From the NCBI RefSeq assembly GCF_006345805.1, contig NW_021835556.1, positions 1 through 48,691 of the forward strand: a DNA stretch of 48,691 nt. Direction: 5' to 3'. The position numbers and the translations under genes were made by a program. The stretch comes from Octopus sinensis (taxonomy: Eukaryota). This document shows positions 24,766-39,105 of this stretch, one piece after another (position 1 is the first letter of the stretch; the number at the start of each line of letters is the position of its first letter). The notes under the pieces were generated by a model. It did not search any database, had not been told where the DNA came from, and was given only the letters and a program-made list of their open reading frames with translations.

Positions 24766-25019
24766 TTGTAAATCTCTCAATGAGAGACATTCAGTAACAG
24801 TACTTTGGATTAAAGATTATTTACCAACATAACGTGGCAGTCCTGATTTAGGACAAATGTTACTGTTATTTAACCCTATGAAGTATCGTCTCCACCTGGT
24901 TATATGACACACTACCTGTGTTCCTATATTTTCGATCTTTCCTAATTCACTTATTTTGAGGCTGCCAGAGATTTGGTACGTTTGATTGTTTACTCTTTTT
25001 GATATCATTCCAAGTGCCC

Positions 25020-25020
25020 C

Positions 25021-25094
<74 letters not shown>

Positions 25095-25096
25095 TG

Positions 25097-25129
<33 letters not shown>

Positions 25130-25130
25130 T
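25020..25130. repeat. (AAT)n microsatellite
   Basis: Direct reading. Confidence 0.95.
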
Positions 25131-25275
25131 ATTTCTTTACTTAAAAAAAATTCTTATTTCTTTACTGCCCACAAGGGGCCATTTTTGGAGCAACGCATCA
25201 CCTGGTCCAGGAATCGAAACCACAATCTTACGATCATGAGTCCAACACCCTAACCACTAAGCCACGTGCCTCCAC

Positions 25276-25308
<33 letters not shown>

Positions 25309-25794
25309 TAATAATAATAATATAATAATAGGGAATGGCCTGCCATGCTTTCTGTAAAAAACAAAACTTCAGAAGACTTCTTAAGATAGCAGAATGGTGG
25401 TGAAAATGATAGTGGTGGTGGTGGTAGTGATGACAATGATGATGGTGGAGGGGTAGTGGTGATGATGACAATAATGCATATAATGGTGGTGGTGGTGGTG
25501 GTGGTAGTGCTGCTGCTGACAACAATGATGATGATGGTGGTGGTGAGATGGGATGAGGTTGGGGTGAGGTGCATTCAGAAAGAATGTCAGACAAAATGCT
25601 TTGTGTAGTTAGTTACATCCCTTTCTGTTCTAAATTCAAATGTCACACAAATTCGTTAATCTAAACTCAACAAGGTTAATCAACCATTGATCAAATAATT
25701 GCCCCATTTATTTCACAACTGACTGGCATAAGTACATAATTCTATTTCTCTTTTTTTCTCTTCATTCTTATTTTCTTTGATCATAAAATAAGAT

Positions 25795-26482
25795 ATATTT
25801 CTATCTATCTATCTATTTATCCATATATCTATCTATTGATCAATATATCTAAATATCTACAGATCAATATATCTAACTATCTATTTATCTATATATCTAC
25901 CTATATTTATTTGCATAGCTAACTATATTTATCTAACTGTATCTCTATTTACCCATCTATCTGTTTGTCTAAGTCTTTCTCTACATAACTAAATATCTAT
26001 CTATTAGTCAATTCCACCACCAAACTATCTATCTAAATATCTATCCTACTACCAACCTATCTAATTATCAAAATATCTATAACCCTATAGATCTATCTCA
26101 ATATCTCTCAATTTATCTACCTATATCTCCATCTTTCTAGTTCAACATCTACTTGCCTATACATTTATCAATACATCCAAATATCTACCTTCATATTTAC
26201 CCACCTACACATCTATTAATTCAAATATCTATCCAGGTGTTTATCAGCCTATCTATCTAAATAGATATCTGTTTACTTCCATATCTATCAAACCATCAAC
26301 TTATATATTTATCTATCTACCCACTTACTTATGTATCCAAATATATTTACCTAACCACTTATCCATCTCTCAACTCATTTCAACGTCTATTTAGGTATTT
26401 ACCTATCTAATTACCTACATACCCACCTACATCTCTACCTACCAACCTCTCTACCTACCTACATACCAATCCACCTGTGTAC

Positions 26483-26554
<72 letters not shown>

Positions 26555-26757
26555 TTATCTACCTATCTATCAACCTATGTATCTATCTATCTATCTATCT
26601 GTTTACTTATCTATTTATCTATCTATCTACCTATCTATCTCTTTATCTATCAATCTATCTATCTCTTTATCTGTCTATCTATTTATCTATATATCTATCT
26701 ATCTAGCTACCTGTCTATCTATCTATCTAGCTACCTGCCTATCCATCTATCTGTCTG

Positions 26758-26805
<48 letters not shown>

Positions 26806-26902
26806 CCTACCTACATATCAATCCTATCTATCTACATGCCTATCTATCTATCTACCTATCTATCAATCAGTCTATCTACCTATCTACCTACCTACCTATC
26901 TC

Positions 26903-26988
<86 letters not shown>

Positions 26989-26990
26989 CC
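25795..26990. repeat. (TCTA)n array, ~1.2 kb, decayed on the left and pure on the right
   Basis: Direct reading. Confidence 0.9.
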
Positions 26991-28571
26991 CCACCTTATA
27001 TATCTACAAATAAAGCTACCAATTAAGAGTACCAGCTGCGATGAGGCTATAAGCCATCAAATCATCATTAAACAGCTCGCCACCCACCACCACCACTACC
27101 ACCACCACCACAGCCAGCACCACCACCACCACCATCACCATAACAACCCAGCCGGTGCCCAGTTCTCTGAAACACTTATTACGAGGTTCATAGACTAATC
27201 AATGCAATCATTCTCTCTCGCTTTACCATGTCTCGCAACTCTACGCAGACATCTAAAAGGCCGCAAAGATATCAATAGACAATAAAGAATCCAAATTCCT
27301 ATTGATTGATGATGGAATGGAATTGGCAACGAGATAAAAGAAGAACTGACAAAAAAAAAAAGAAGAAGAAGAAGAAGACGAATAAATAAATGAACATATA
27401 AATAAAACAATGAAGATATCTATAAATATAATAAAATATGGGACGAAAAACAAAGCAAAGAAGAAGAGATTGGCGAAGGGATTAAATGTAGGAAAAATGA
27501 AGCTCAACTCGGCGGAATATCTGGACAAAACGAAGAAAATGTAGAATGGGAAAACTGATATGGAAATGAAGAGAATGACATGACATCAGAGTGGGGTGTA
27601 TTCAATCGGTATTCATTCGATGATGGCGGTGGCGGCGGCGGTGGTTGGGTGGCAGCGGCAGTGGTGATGACGATGATGATGGTGGCGATGGTTGTGGTGA
27701 CAGTGTCCATGGTGATGTCGACGGTGATGGAGGTGATGATGTTGATGATGATGATGATGATGATATGATGATGATGATGATGATGATGACAAAGAGCAGA
27801 AGAGGTTAATGATAAGGATAGAGAGAATCTGGCTAAAAAGTATACATATATATAAATATATGTATATTATATATAATCGATACATATATATTTGTATATA
27901 ATATCTATATATATATATATATATCCATACATATATATTATAATTATATACATACATAATATTATACATACACACACACACCCATACACATATATCATAC
28001 TATATATACTACATATATATTATATATATAGATACATATATATACTACAATCCATACATACATATATACACACATACTAACACACACACAACACACCACA
28101 TACCACACACACCAACACACACCCTATATTATATAGTTATATTAGAAGAATATTTATATATAATATATATTATATTTTATAAGAATTGTTCTATCTCTGT
28201 ACATATAAGTACATGTAGATATATATGTATGGGTGTGTGGATATATATGCATATATATATGTATATATGTGTGCATAACAATACACATACATTCACATTT
28301 GTGTAAGTATGTATACACACACACATACACATGTATGTATTATATATATATGTGTGTGTGTGTATGTACAAACACATGAAGTGTATGTATGTATTGCATG
28401 TGTTATAAGCTTTGACAAGTCATTTGATTAAAAAAAGTATTTTAAAATAGAAACAACACGAAATATTCTGAAATGGTTCTTTTTCCTTTTTCTGTCTTCA
28501 CCATTTAAAGACCAACAAAAGAGTTCCATTGTCTTTGTATTTTCCATTTCCAAAGAGTCAAGTTTATTATA

Positions 28572-29346
28572 GAGTGAGAAATAGCTTTGTTTCACTTTTG
28601 GAATGGAATGGAATGGAGTGTGAGAGAACAGATCTAGGGAGTGAGATGAAATTTTTTACCACTTCATAGTAGACAGGAATGTGAAGAAATAAAATAAAGG
28701 AAATGTAGAAGTAATGATATTGTGTGTATGTATGTGTATTATGAGTGTGCGTATGTATGCTTATATATCTATATAGATATTCTCTTTCTCTTTTACTCTT
28801 TTACTTGTTTCAGTCATTTGACTGCGGCCATGCTGGGGCACCGCCTTTAGTCGAGCAACTCAACCCTGGAACTTATTCTTTGTAAGCCCAGTACTTATTC
28901 TATCGGTCTCTTTTACCGAACCGCTAAGTGATGGGGACGTAAACACACCAGCATCGGTTGTCAAGCAATGCTAGGGGGACAAACACAGACACACAAACAC
29001 ACAGATATATATATATATATATATGCATATATACGACAGGCTTCTTTCAGTTTCCGTCTACCAAATCCACTCACAAGGCATTGGTCGGCCCGGGGCTATA
29101 GCAGAAGACACTTGCCCAAGATGCCACGCAGTGGGATTGAACCTGGAACCATGTGGTTGGTAAGCAAGCATACATACACACACTCATAATACACATACAT
29201 ACACACAATATCATTACTTCTACATTTCCTTTATTTTATTTCTCCACATTCCTGTCTACTATGAAGTGGTAAAAAATTTCATCTCACTCCCTAGATCTGT
29301 TCTCTCACACTCCATTCCAAAAGTGAAACAAAACTATTTCTCACTC
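28572..29346. repeat. ~190-bp inverted duplication of unique DNA flanking a family A SINE
   Basis: 28572-28762 is the near-exact reverse complement of 29166-29346. Confidence 0.9.
28781..29169 (-). mobile_element. Family A SINE lacking its extreme 5' end
   Basis: Homology ends at ...GTGGTTGGTAAGCAAGC. Confidence 0.9.
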
Positions 29347-29347
29347 G

Positions 29348-29428
<81 letters not shown>

Positions 29429-30081
29429 TAACAACAGATTGATTGTGGTTCACTACAGCTGTTTCAGACAAGTTTTTTGTATTGATTCACAGAAATGTTA
29501 CATCATGCAAAAAAAGCCATTTTTTTCAGGGGAATACAGGTAAGAATTAGAACTTCTCCAGAACAAGAATATAGTGCTATATGACTGTACCAAATCAAAT
29601 TCGATCATACACACACACGTATATGTATATACACACAAATAGATATGTATACACATGCATATATATATATAGAACGTATACATGCATATACATGAATGTA
29701 CTGTACATATACAAAATACAGTGTGTGTGTGTGTGTGTGTACATATATATATATATAATATATATAGATATATATATATATATATTATATATACACACAC
29801 ACACTCCTCTTCCCTGCCCACTTCCATTTCCTTCACCTCCTCCCCCCCCACAACTGATTTTAACCACTGACCATCCCCACCTTCCCCTCTTGCCATTCAC
29901 TGCATCACCTTTATCTCGACCTTTCCCACCTTTAAATACCTGTTGCTTACCTCATGCCCTTGTGAACTTAACTGACCTTCTGTCCCTATCTTCTTCATAT
30001 TCACTATCTTATATCTTGAAGGTTCATCATGACACCTTGTCATCACCATCTTCTTTTCCCCTTTTTCAACTGGGGTAGCCA

Positions 30082-30124
<43 letters not shown>

Positions 30125-30249
30125 ACAGCAAGGCACCTGTTCCTGTCCCTCTCTCATGCTCTTGCATCTCAACAACTAATATAAGCTGCATTCCTCAATA
30201 TCCCACTCTTACTCAGTCGAGTGGGGTCTTGTCTTCTGAGTTACTCAGT

Positions 30250-30445
30250 GACATCTTGAGTGCCAGTGACATGAAAAAAAGCATTTAGTATTCTTTGCAA
30301 AGTGGTTGGCATTAGGAAGGACAGCCAGGCTTGGAAACCATGCCAAAGCAGACCTTGGTGCTTGACACAGGTCTCTGACCTCTCAGATTCTATCAAACTG
30401 TCCAGCCCATTCCAGCATAGAATATGGACATTAAATGATGATGAT
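30250..30445 (+). mobile_element. Family C element, decayed
   Basis: GTGGTTGGCATTAGGAAGG...CCCATTCCAGCATAGAATATGGACATTAAATGATGATG. Confidence 0.7.
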
Positions 30446-31394
30446 AATCTCACTCACTCACTCTCTCTTTCTCTCTCACACCAAAGTAAATAACACATGA
30501 TTCTGTGTTCTAACACAATCTCCAGATTAAGTTGGAGATAAAGATTATCTTCTGGTATTCATTCTGCTTCGGTCACTATTAATTATATTTTAATAAACCC
30601 ACTGGCCATTTGCAACACCAGTGCTTGAATAGACACTGATATTCAATATATGATTGACAAGAGATTCAGCTGTTTTGATCGAACAAGCTATCTATCACTG
30701 AAAAGCACAAAACAGAGCAAAATCTGGCAGTTGCAGTAGCTGTAACAGACGGCTCTTGTCTATCAAAGATATTAATACAAGAGCTTTTATGCACCACAAC
30801 TCTGTATGAGAGGTCTTCTCAAATAATGCAGTCTTCTGTTTAGTAACACATCTGAAATAACATTGGTGCCATAGGATCTGCCTGTCTCATATTGGACTTG
30901 TCAGCCATGTCTACCCCGATGAGAAACAGTGTGCTGGAGGTGGAGAAGGAAGAATGTCTTCGATCGATGCTGTCATCACCTTTGATGGGTTGTCATCAGC
31001 AAGTAAAGTAGGCAGCACATCTACGTTAAGTTGGAGGTAAAGGTTAGCTTCTGCTATTAACAGTGCTTCTGTCAATATTAATTGTTTTTCTAGAATATTT
31101 TTATTATCATTGGTTGACTGTTTACTTCAATATTCTGTGATTCTAACGTCACAAAACAGTGTTTGTTGAGATGAAATCTTACTTACAGATGAAGGAAATA
31201 AAATCAGAGTCTTGAAAGACAGACACAAGCAAAGATTTACCAGCTGCTTAGAAAGACTAGGAGTAAACGTTCCATTAAATTCGGTTGTTAACATCAAGGC
31301 TGAAGGAATGAACAATTAATATTGATGTAACTTCTAACAAATTTGATCTTGTTTTCAGAATAAATACTGAATATATGGAAATATATTGAATTAT

Positions 31395-31545
31395 ATAGGT
31401 AAGAAGTTTGCTTTCGAACCATGTGGCTTCAGGTTCAGTTCCATTGCACAGCACCTTGAGCAAATGTCTGCTATTCAACCTCCAGGTCAAACTATGCCTT
31501 GTGAGAGGAATAAATTTGTGCAGAAGACTGATATATATATGCATA
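31395..31545 (+). mobile_element. Family A SINE, decayed 5' half
   Basis: GGTAAGAAGTTTGCTT...CAGGTTCAGTTCC...CACCTTGAGCAAATGTC. Confidence 0.65.
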
Positions 31546-31561
31546 CATACAACTCACTCAC

Positions 31562-31629
<68 letters not shown>

Positions 31630-31832
31630 ACCTCATGTGTACCATTGGCAATTTTTTTCCCTGTCTTCCCTTCTCTGGATCTTTCCTTCTCCTATGTTTC
31701 CACGAACAAAGACTCCGCTCAAAACGTTAAACACTCCTTCTTTCCTTCTTTCCTGAGCGTCCAATAATACTATATTTGTTCCACGTCTCGCGTTGTTGTT
31801 TTTTTTTTTTTTGTGCTTTCTTGTTTGGATTA

Positions 31833-31877
<45 letters not shown>

Positions 31878-32768
31878 TTGCTATTACGTTAAGCTGATGT
31901 ATGTCCAAATTTGGCCAAATGTGTTTTTTCAATATTTTCCCTGGTGTCCAGGATGTTAGAATACCTTGATTAAAATGAATTCTACAATGATTTAATACTA
32001 CATATAAATATGTATATATACATATACATACATATACACACACACATGTATACATTACTTATAAACGGTATATAAGTGTTTGTGTATGTCTGTATCAGTG
32101 CTTATGACACATATGTATATATATAAATTATATGCATAAATATACATCGTCAACAACTGTAAGTGTAAACACACCTGTATGTCTTGTTTATGTTATTCCG
32201 CCTTCCCTTTTCAGTTTGTGAATATAACACCAAACAAAAAAAAAAAAAGAAAATCAAAAAAAAACAAGCTGGATCAACTTTGATGTGACAGTATACAGAA
32301 AAACCAAAAAAAAAAAAAACAACTTTAGAACGACACAAAAGAACCACAACGGCAATTGTAATTTTATGAATGAATAAGTTTGAAGATAAGATCGCATAAC
32401 CTTGGATCATCTGTGATATGGACTGGAGAAAAGACACACATTTCGAAGAATGGTAAAGAAAGAATAAAAGGAAGAATGGTAAAATAATAAAGTAGAACGA
32501 AATATATTGAGAATATGAAAATTCCACAATAACGGAACAGATTTATGCTTTGTCTTATTAGTAATTCTTTCAAATTTTCTGCATTGATACGAATAAATCT
32601 TTATACACACAGAACACATTAATATACATATAATATACATATTACACACACACGTGCACACACACAAATACACACACACACACAAATTTTATGTACACAT
32701 AAATATGCATTTATATACTTATATACAGACATTATATATATGTATATATATATATATACAAGCACAAA

Positions 32769-32809
<41 letters not shown>

Positions 32810-33042
32810 AGACTTATACACATATATCTAGTATAAACATACATTTACATACATACACAAAAAATTGTATATAAACAAAAAAACATTCTCTTTTGTACAT
32901 GCACACACACACACACACACACTCAGATGTCACATATATGAATATAGGCACAAGGATGGTTGCACAGTTAAGAAGCTTTGCTACCATGTGGTTTCAGGTT
33001 CAGTTCCCTTGCGCAGCACCTTAGACAGATATATATACGAGT

Positions 33043-33079
<37 letters not shown>

Positions 33080-34070
33080 CACACACACTCACACATATAT
33101 ATATACACACACACTTATATATATATACATACACATATATACACACACACACTTATATATATATATACAAACACATATACACACACACACTTATATATAT
33201 ATATATACAAACACATATACACACACACACGTATGTATGTATGTATGTATGTATGTATGTATGTATGTATGTATATATGCACATATATACATGTGTGTGT
33301 ACTTTTGTGCTTGTCCACTACATTGCTCTACAACTGGTGTTGGGTTGTTTACATCCCATTAACTTAGTAAAAGATATACACAAATACATTATACAATGTA
33401 TACACACACAAATTCATATATGTATATATATGTATATATATATGTGTGTGTGTGTGTATACACATATATGCATATACACATACATGTAAATATATACATA
33501 TACACATATATACATATACACACATAATATATACATAGAAATATATATATATGCATATATATATGTATATATGTGTATGCAATTATGCACATGTACATAT
33601 GTCTATGCATTTATGTGTGTGTATACAAATACATGAAACTAGCAACTGATTTTGTTTATTTAAGCATAAATAGAATTAAATGTAATATATTAAGCATTAT
33701 ACATTAAGCATTAAACATTATTCATTTATGGCCAATAAGCTGTGAATCGCAAGGAACAATGAAGTTGGTGATATGAATCAAAGATTGCATTTTTATTTCC
33801 CTAAGCAGGAAATGTTGGATGCAGAAAAATCCCTCATCTCTCCCCTATCTTTTACCGACCCTCTACAAAACATAAGTGCAACCCACTTAGGTGCTAAAAT
33901 GACTTCTGTAACAACAACAACAACAACAACAACAACAGAAACAGTAGCATACATATGGAACAAAAGCACTATCTATACATACAAACTTGTTACCAGTTCA
34001 AATATGCTTGAGGTATATTTGAACCTGTAAGAAAGCTATTCACTGTATTTTGTCCTTGCAATAAACAGCC

Positions 34071-34114
34071 GGTGCTGAAGAGGTGATAACCACTCCAAAA
34101 TGCATGCATCCGCC
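34071..34114 (+). ncRNA. Decayed type I HHR (copy 1 of a direct repeat)
   Basis: GGTG-CTGAAGA-GGTG ATAACCA CTCC-[A]AA-ATGCATGCAT-C-CGCC; G12 mutated to A. Confidence 0.55.
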
Positions 34115-34262
34115 AATCTGGTTAAAGGGCCAGTAAACAGATTTGATGTGTTTACACCTGTCTACAGTGAGAAATTTTCTTCATAACAAAATACAATGAA
34201 GATTTCCAATATGCCCCAAGCATATTGAACAGGTAACAAGTTTGTATTTATATATTTATATA

Positions 34263-34586
34263 GGCGCAGGAGTGGCTGTGTGGTAAGTAGCCTGCTTACC
34301 AATCACACGGTTCCGGGTTCAGTCCCACTGAGTGGCACCTTGGGAAAGTGTCTTCTACTATTGCCTCGGGCCGACCAAAGCTTTGTGAGTGGATTTGGTA
34401 GACGGAAACTGAAAGAAGCCTGTCATATGTATATATATATGTGTGTGTGTGTTTGTGTGTCTGTGTTTGTCCTCCCAAGTACTAGGCTCACAAAGAATAA
34501 GTCCCGGGGTCGATTTGCTCGACTAAAAGGCGGTGCTCCAGCATGGCCGCAGTCAAATGACTGAAACAAGTAAAAAAAAAAAAAAA
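34263..34586 (+). mobile_element. Family A SINE with an internal deletion
   Basis: Head intact; the segment between TTTGTCC and the ACAAAGAATAAG block is largely missing. Confidence 0.85.
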
Positions 34587-34728
34587 TACACTCTGGCTAA
34601 GCGCTTTCATTCTATATTTTATTTACAGTGAGCCGCCGACTAGCGCAAATGGTCACAGTACGATGATGAGAATATTACAAGAGAGAGTTGTCTCTCTTGT
34701 TGGTTAGTAGTGTCTACCTTTCCAGTTT

Positions 34729-34776
34729 CTGGTGCTGAAGAGAAGATAAACACTCTGAAATGCTTGCATCCACTAG
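34729..34776 (+). ncRNA. Type I HHR with intact core and weakened stem II (copy 2)
   Basis: CTGGTG/CACTAG stem I, CTGAAGA, GAAG..CTCT stem II (one mismatch), GAA-ATGCTTGCAT-C. Confidence 0.6.
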
Positions 34777-34934
34777 TCTGGTTAGGAGCACTGCAAGTTG
34801 ACGAAAAACAGTGAATGGTTTTCTTACAAGTTCAAATACATCTCTTGCATATTTGAACAGGTAACAAGTTTGTATACATGCATGCTTATACATACATTCA
34901 TCCACCAAAATATGTTAGTATATACATGTATATG

Positions 34935-35505
<571 letters not shown>

Positions 35506-36547
35506 CAGAGATTTACTTGCATGGAAGTGTTTTCATGTGAGACCTTGTATTGAAACTAAAGTGACTGCAGCATGGAAGACAAACGCTTGCCATTCAGAAG
35601 CACAAAGATTGTTAACTTCACCAATAATTTGCATGCAACACAACATTGTCAGTGACCAAGTCTCAGTTTTGAGCAGTGAAAATTTAGACACTAAATAACA
35701 AAGAATAAATGTTTAAATCAAGTTAATAGACTTTGTGTGATTCTGAATGGCTAATTTGAGTCTTCTACGCTATAATCATATGTATTTTACTGGTTGGTCC
35801 AGGAAGACAGGGATCCCCTATATTCTTTGTAGGCCCTAACATCTGCAGGAAAGACATGAGCAGGCCAAAGATTCCAGGGGGGGTCCGATGTTCTGTAAAG
35901 GAATGACTGAGTATAAAGGGGCCATGCAGGACCAAGAAGTTTAGATGCAAAGAGAAGAAATAATTCAAAGTGTCCACTGATATGACTATGGACCTCAAAA
36001 ATGAATAAAGATATATTAAATACCATACAAGAAACTTGAGGGAGTTGTTGAAATTATTTTTGTTTCCAGAAATGGTCAAATAATTGGAACCAAAGCTGAA
36101 TGACAAGGGAGTATCTCAAGAATCAAAAATACTCTGAAATTGGCATAATATTAAGTGAAAGATAGTATGATTGTCTTTCAGTAAAAGTACTGCTGTTAAT
36201 ACATGTTTCTGCCTCAAAAGGCATCATTAGCACAGCAGGCATTGTGTCTTTAGATCAGTCAACAAAGAACTTAGATATATACGCAATGATTACAGAAGTC
36301 TTAAGAACATTTATAGCCCAGAGTAATTTGCAAAATTAAAATTTTTTTTTTAAATTTGAAAGGGAAATAGCTTAATATGGCCAGTGGGATGAATTTGAAC
36401 AACAAAGACTAATAAAAATATATTAAATACCAGAAAAGACAAATTCTTTGCTTACTGCGCATTTTTGTTGGAATTTGCAACAGCCGCTGTCTGTGTTTTG
36501 TCTGTCTAATAGCCTCAATTTATTACTGTTGTTGCAAATAAAGAAAA

Positions 36548-36581
<34 letters not shown>

Positions 36582-37194
36582 GGTGGTGGTGGTGGTGGTG
36601 GTGGTGGTGGTGGTGGTAGAGATATGAGACAGTGAGAGATGACTTACATGTCTTTGCCATGTTGCCAACAGAGAAACTCTTAGACATTTCTCACAGTCAA
36701 CAAAAACAACCGACTATAAACAAATTAATTAGCAATCAGTTAATTGAGTTCTGAATCAATTAATTTAGAAATAATTAAAGACAACAATTTTGCAATGAAT
36801 GCAATTCACTGGCTTTCAATGAAGCAGTTGAGTTATTATTTCGCTGTCTGTCCGTCTGTCTGTCATGGAGCTTATGCAAGCAAGCAACGGGGTGCACGGT
36901 GGTGGAGGTGGCAGTGGGGACGGTGGTGGTGGCGGTGGTGGTGGTGGTAGTGGTGGCGGATGGAAAGGAGTGGTGACGGGTGTTTATCATAACATGGTGG
37001 TCTGGTTGAAATAAATCTACATCCATAACCTCCACTGTCTTCCTCATTCTATAATTCTATAATTCTTCAAGACCAACAATCAAAGGAAGAATTTATCAAT
37101 TGTTCCATGCCACACCCAGCAACCCAACTTCCTTGTGCCAAGTTACTGATTCCCAACTGGAATGTATTCAACAAATGCTTATATAATTGGTGCA

Positions 37195-37800
37195 AGTGTT
37201 GCTTTGTGGTGAAGAATTAGCTTTCCAAACACAAAGTTTTCATTTCAGTTTCACTACTTGGCACCTTAGAGAAATGCCTTCTATAAAAGCCCTGGGCCAA
37301 ACCAATGCCTTGTTAGGGAATTTGGTAGGCAGAAACAGAAACAAATTCATATTATTATCAACACCGTCGTCGTCGTTTAACATCTGCTTTCCATGCTGGC
37401 ATGGGTTGGACAGTTTGACTGAGGACTGGCAAAGCAAGAAGGCTGCACCAGGCTCCAATCTGATCTGGCAAAGTTTCTACAGCCCTTCCTAATGCCAACC
37501 ATACACACACATATATATATCATGATCATCATCATCGTTTAACATCCGATTTCCATGTCAGTATGTGTTGTATGGCTTGACTGAGGACTGGCAAGTCAGA
37601 GGCTGTACCAGGCTCTGATCTGATCTGGCAAGGTTTCTACAGCTGGATGTCCCTCCTAGCGATAACCATTCCAAGAGTGGAGTGGGCACTTTTTACGTGC
37701 CACCGGGACAAGGGCTGGTCAGGCAGTACTGGCATCAACCACGCTCGAATAGTGCTTTTTACATGCCACTAGCACAGGAGCCAGTCAGGCAGCACTGGAC
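37195..37800. mobile_element. Cluster: family A 5' half (+, 37195-37335) and two family C copies (-, 37365-37500 and 37525-37800)
   Basis: Homology to the other copies in the window. Confidence 0.7.
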
Positions 37801-37884
37801 CCATGCCGGCATGGAAGGCGGATGCTAAACAATGATGATGATGATGATGACAAAGATGATGATATATATATATATATATATAGA

Positions 37885-38110
37885 TGTTGGGTGGGGGGAC
37901 AAACACAGACACACAAACGTATACACACAGATACATTTATATACATATATACAACGGGCTTCTTTCAGTTTCCGTCAACCAAATCCACTCACAAGGCTTT
38001 AGTCGGACCGAGGCTATAATAGAAGACACTTGCCCAAGATGCCACACAGTGGGACTGAACCCGGAACCATATGGTTGGTAAGCAAGCTACTTACCACACA
38101 GCCACTCCTG
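37885..38110 (-). mobile_element. Family A SINE, 5' half plus central repeat
   Basis: Head intact to GCCACTCCTG. Confidence 0.85.
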
Positions 38111-39043
38111 TTTCTAAAGACTTGATAACCATAAGTAGAATCATTTTGACCATAGGTCTATTCACCATGGTAACAGCAATAGCAACAACAGCAACAACAA
38201 CAGAAGCAACAACACCAACAAATTGTCTCCTTTAAACATCTAACATGGTTCTTACAAAAATACATCTGCAAAATGAACCAAGTTAGAAAGTAGTTTATCC
38301 CTCACAAAACTCTGGTGGCTCCAGTTTGGCCAGAGTTCGCCGTGTTTACCTATCTTTGAGACAAAATTGTCGGGGATGGAGCAAAGAGGAATCGTTGCTG
38401 AATGTACGTTCTAAATTGTTTCCTGAAAATTGGTTTTTAAAAATAAAAATTTCAAAATTCTGAATGAATTGTTTGGTCACGAAGATATTTTGGGACATGA
38501 GTGTGTGTGTATATGTATGTGTGATTATGGTGTGCCTACATATATTTTCAAGTGTGTGTGTGTGTGCGTGAGAGAGTGAAAGTACGTGTTTGTGTTTCTG
38601 AATATGTGTGTGTTTATAGAGGTATGTATGTTTGAGTGCGTGTGTGTGTGAGAGAGAGAGAAAGAGAGTAGATGTTTGTGCATGTGTGGACAGAAGTGTG
38701 TGTGTATATGTGTGTATGTATATGTGTGTATGACAGAGTGTGAGTATATATTGGTGTGTATATATGTGTGTGTGTGTGAGAGAGAGGAAAAGAGAGAGAA
38801 AGAGAAAAAGTATATATTTGTATGTGTATGTGCAGGTGTGTGTATGTTTGTGTGTGCATGTGTGTGCGTGTGTGTGTATGTGTGTGCAGATGAAGGATAG
38901 AAAGGTTGAAATGAAAACAGTGATACGCTAATTGACAAGATGCTGTAGTCGTTATTCTAATTATCATAACAATGGTGGTAACAATAGTAGTAGTTGTATT
39001 ATCACTATCATTATGTAATAATAATAACAACAACAACAACAAC

Positions 39044-39105
<62 letters not shown>

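Noticed and set aside
31180-31320. Possible exon: plus-strand acceptor TTACAG then DEGNKIRVLKDRHKQRF...*, or minus-strand donor GTAAGT
   Set aside because: Strand is ambiguous, the peptide is unrecognised and no consistent exon chain can be built; RNA-seq is needed.
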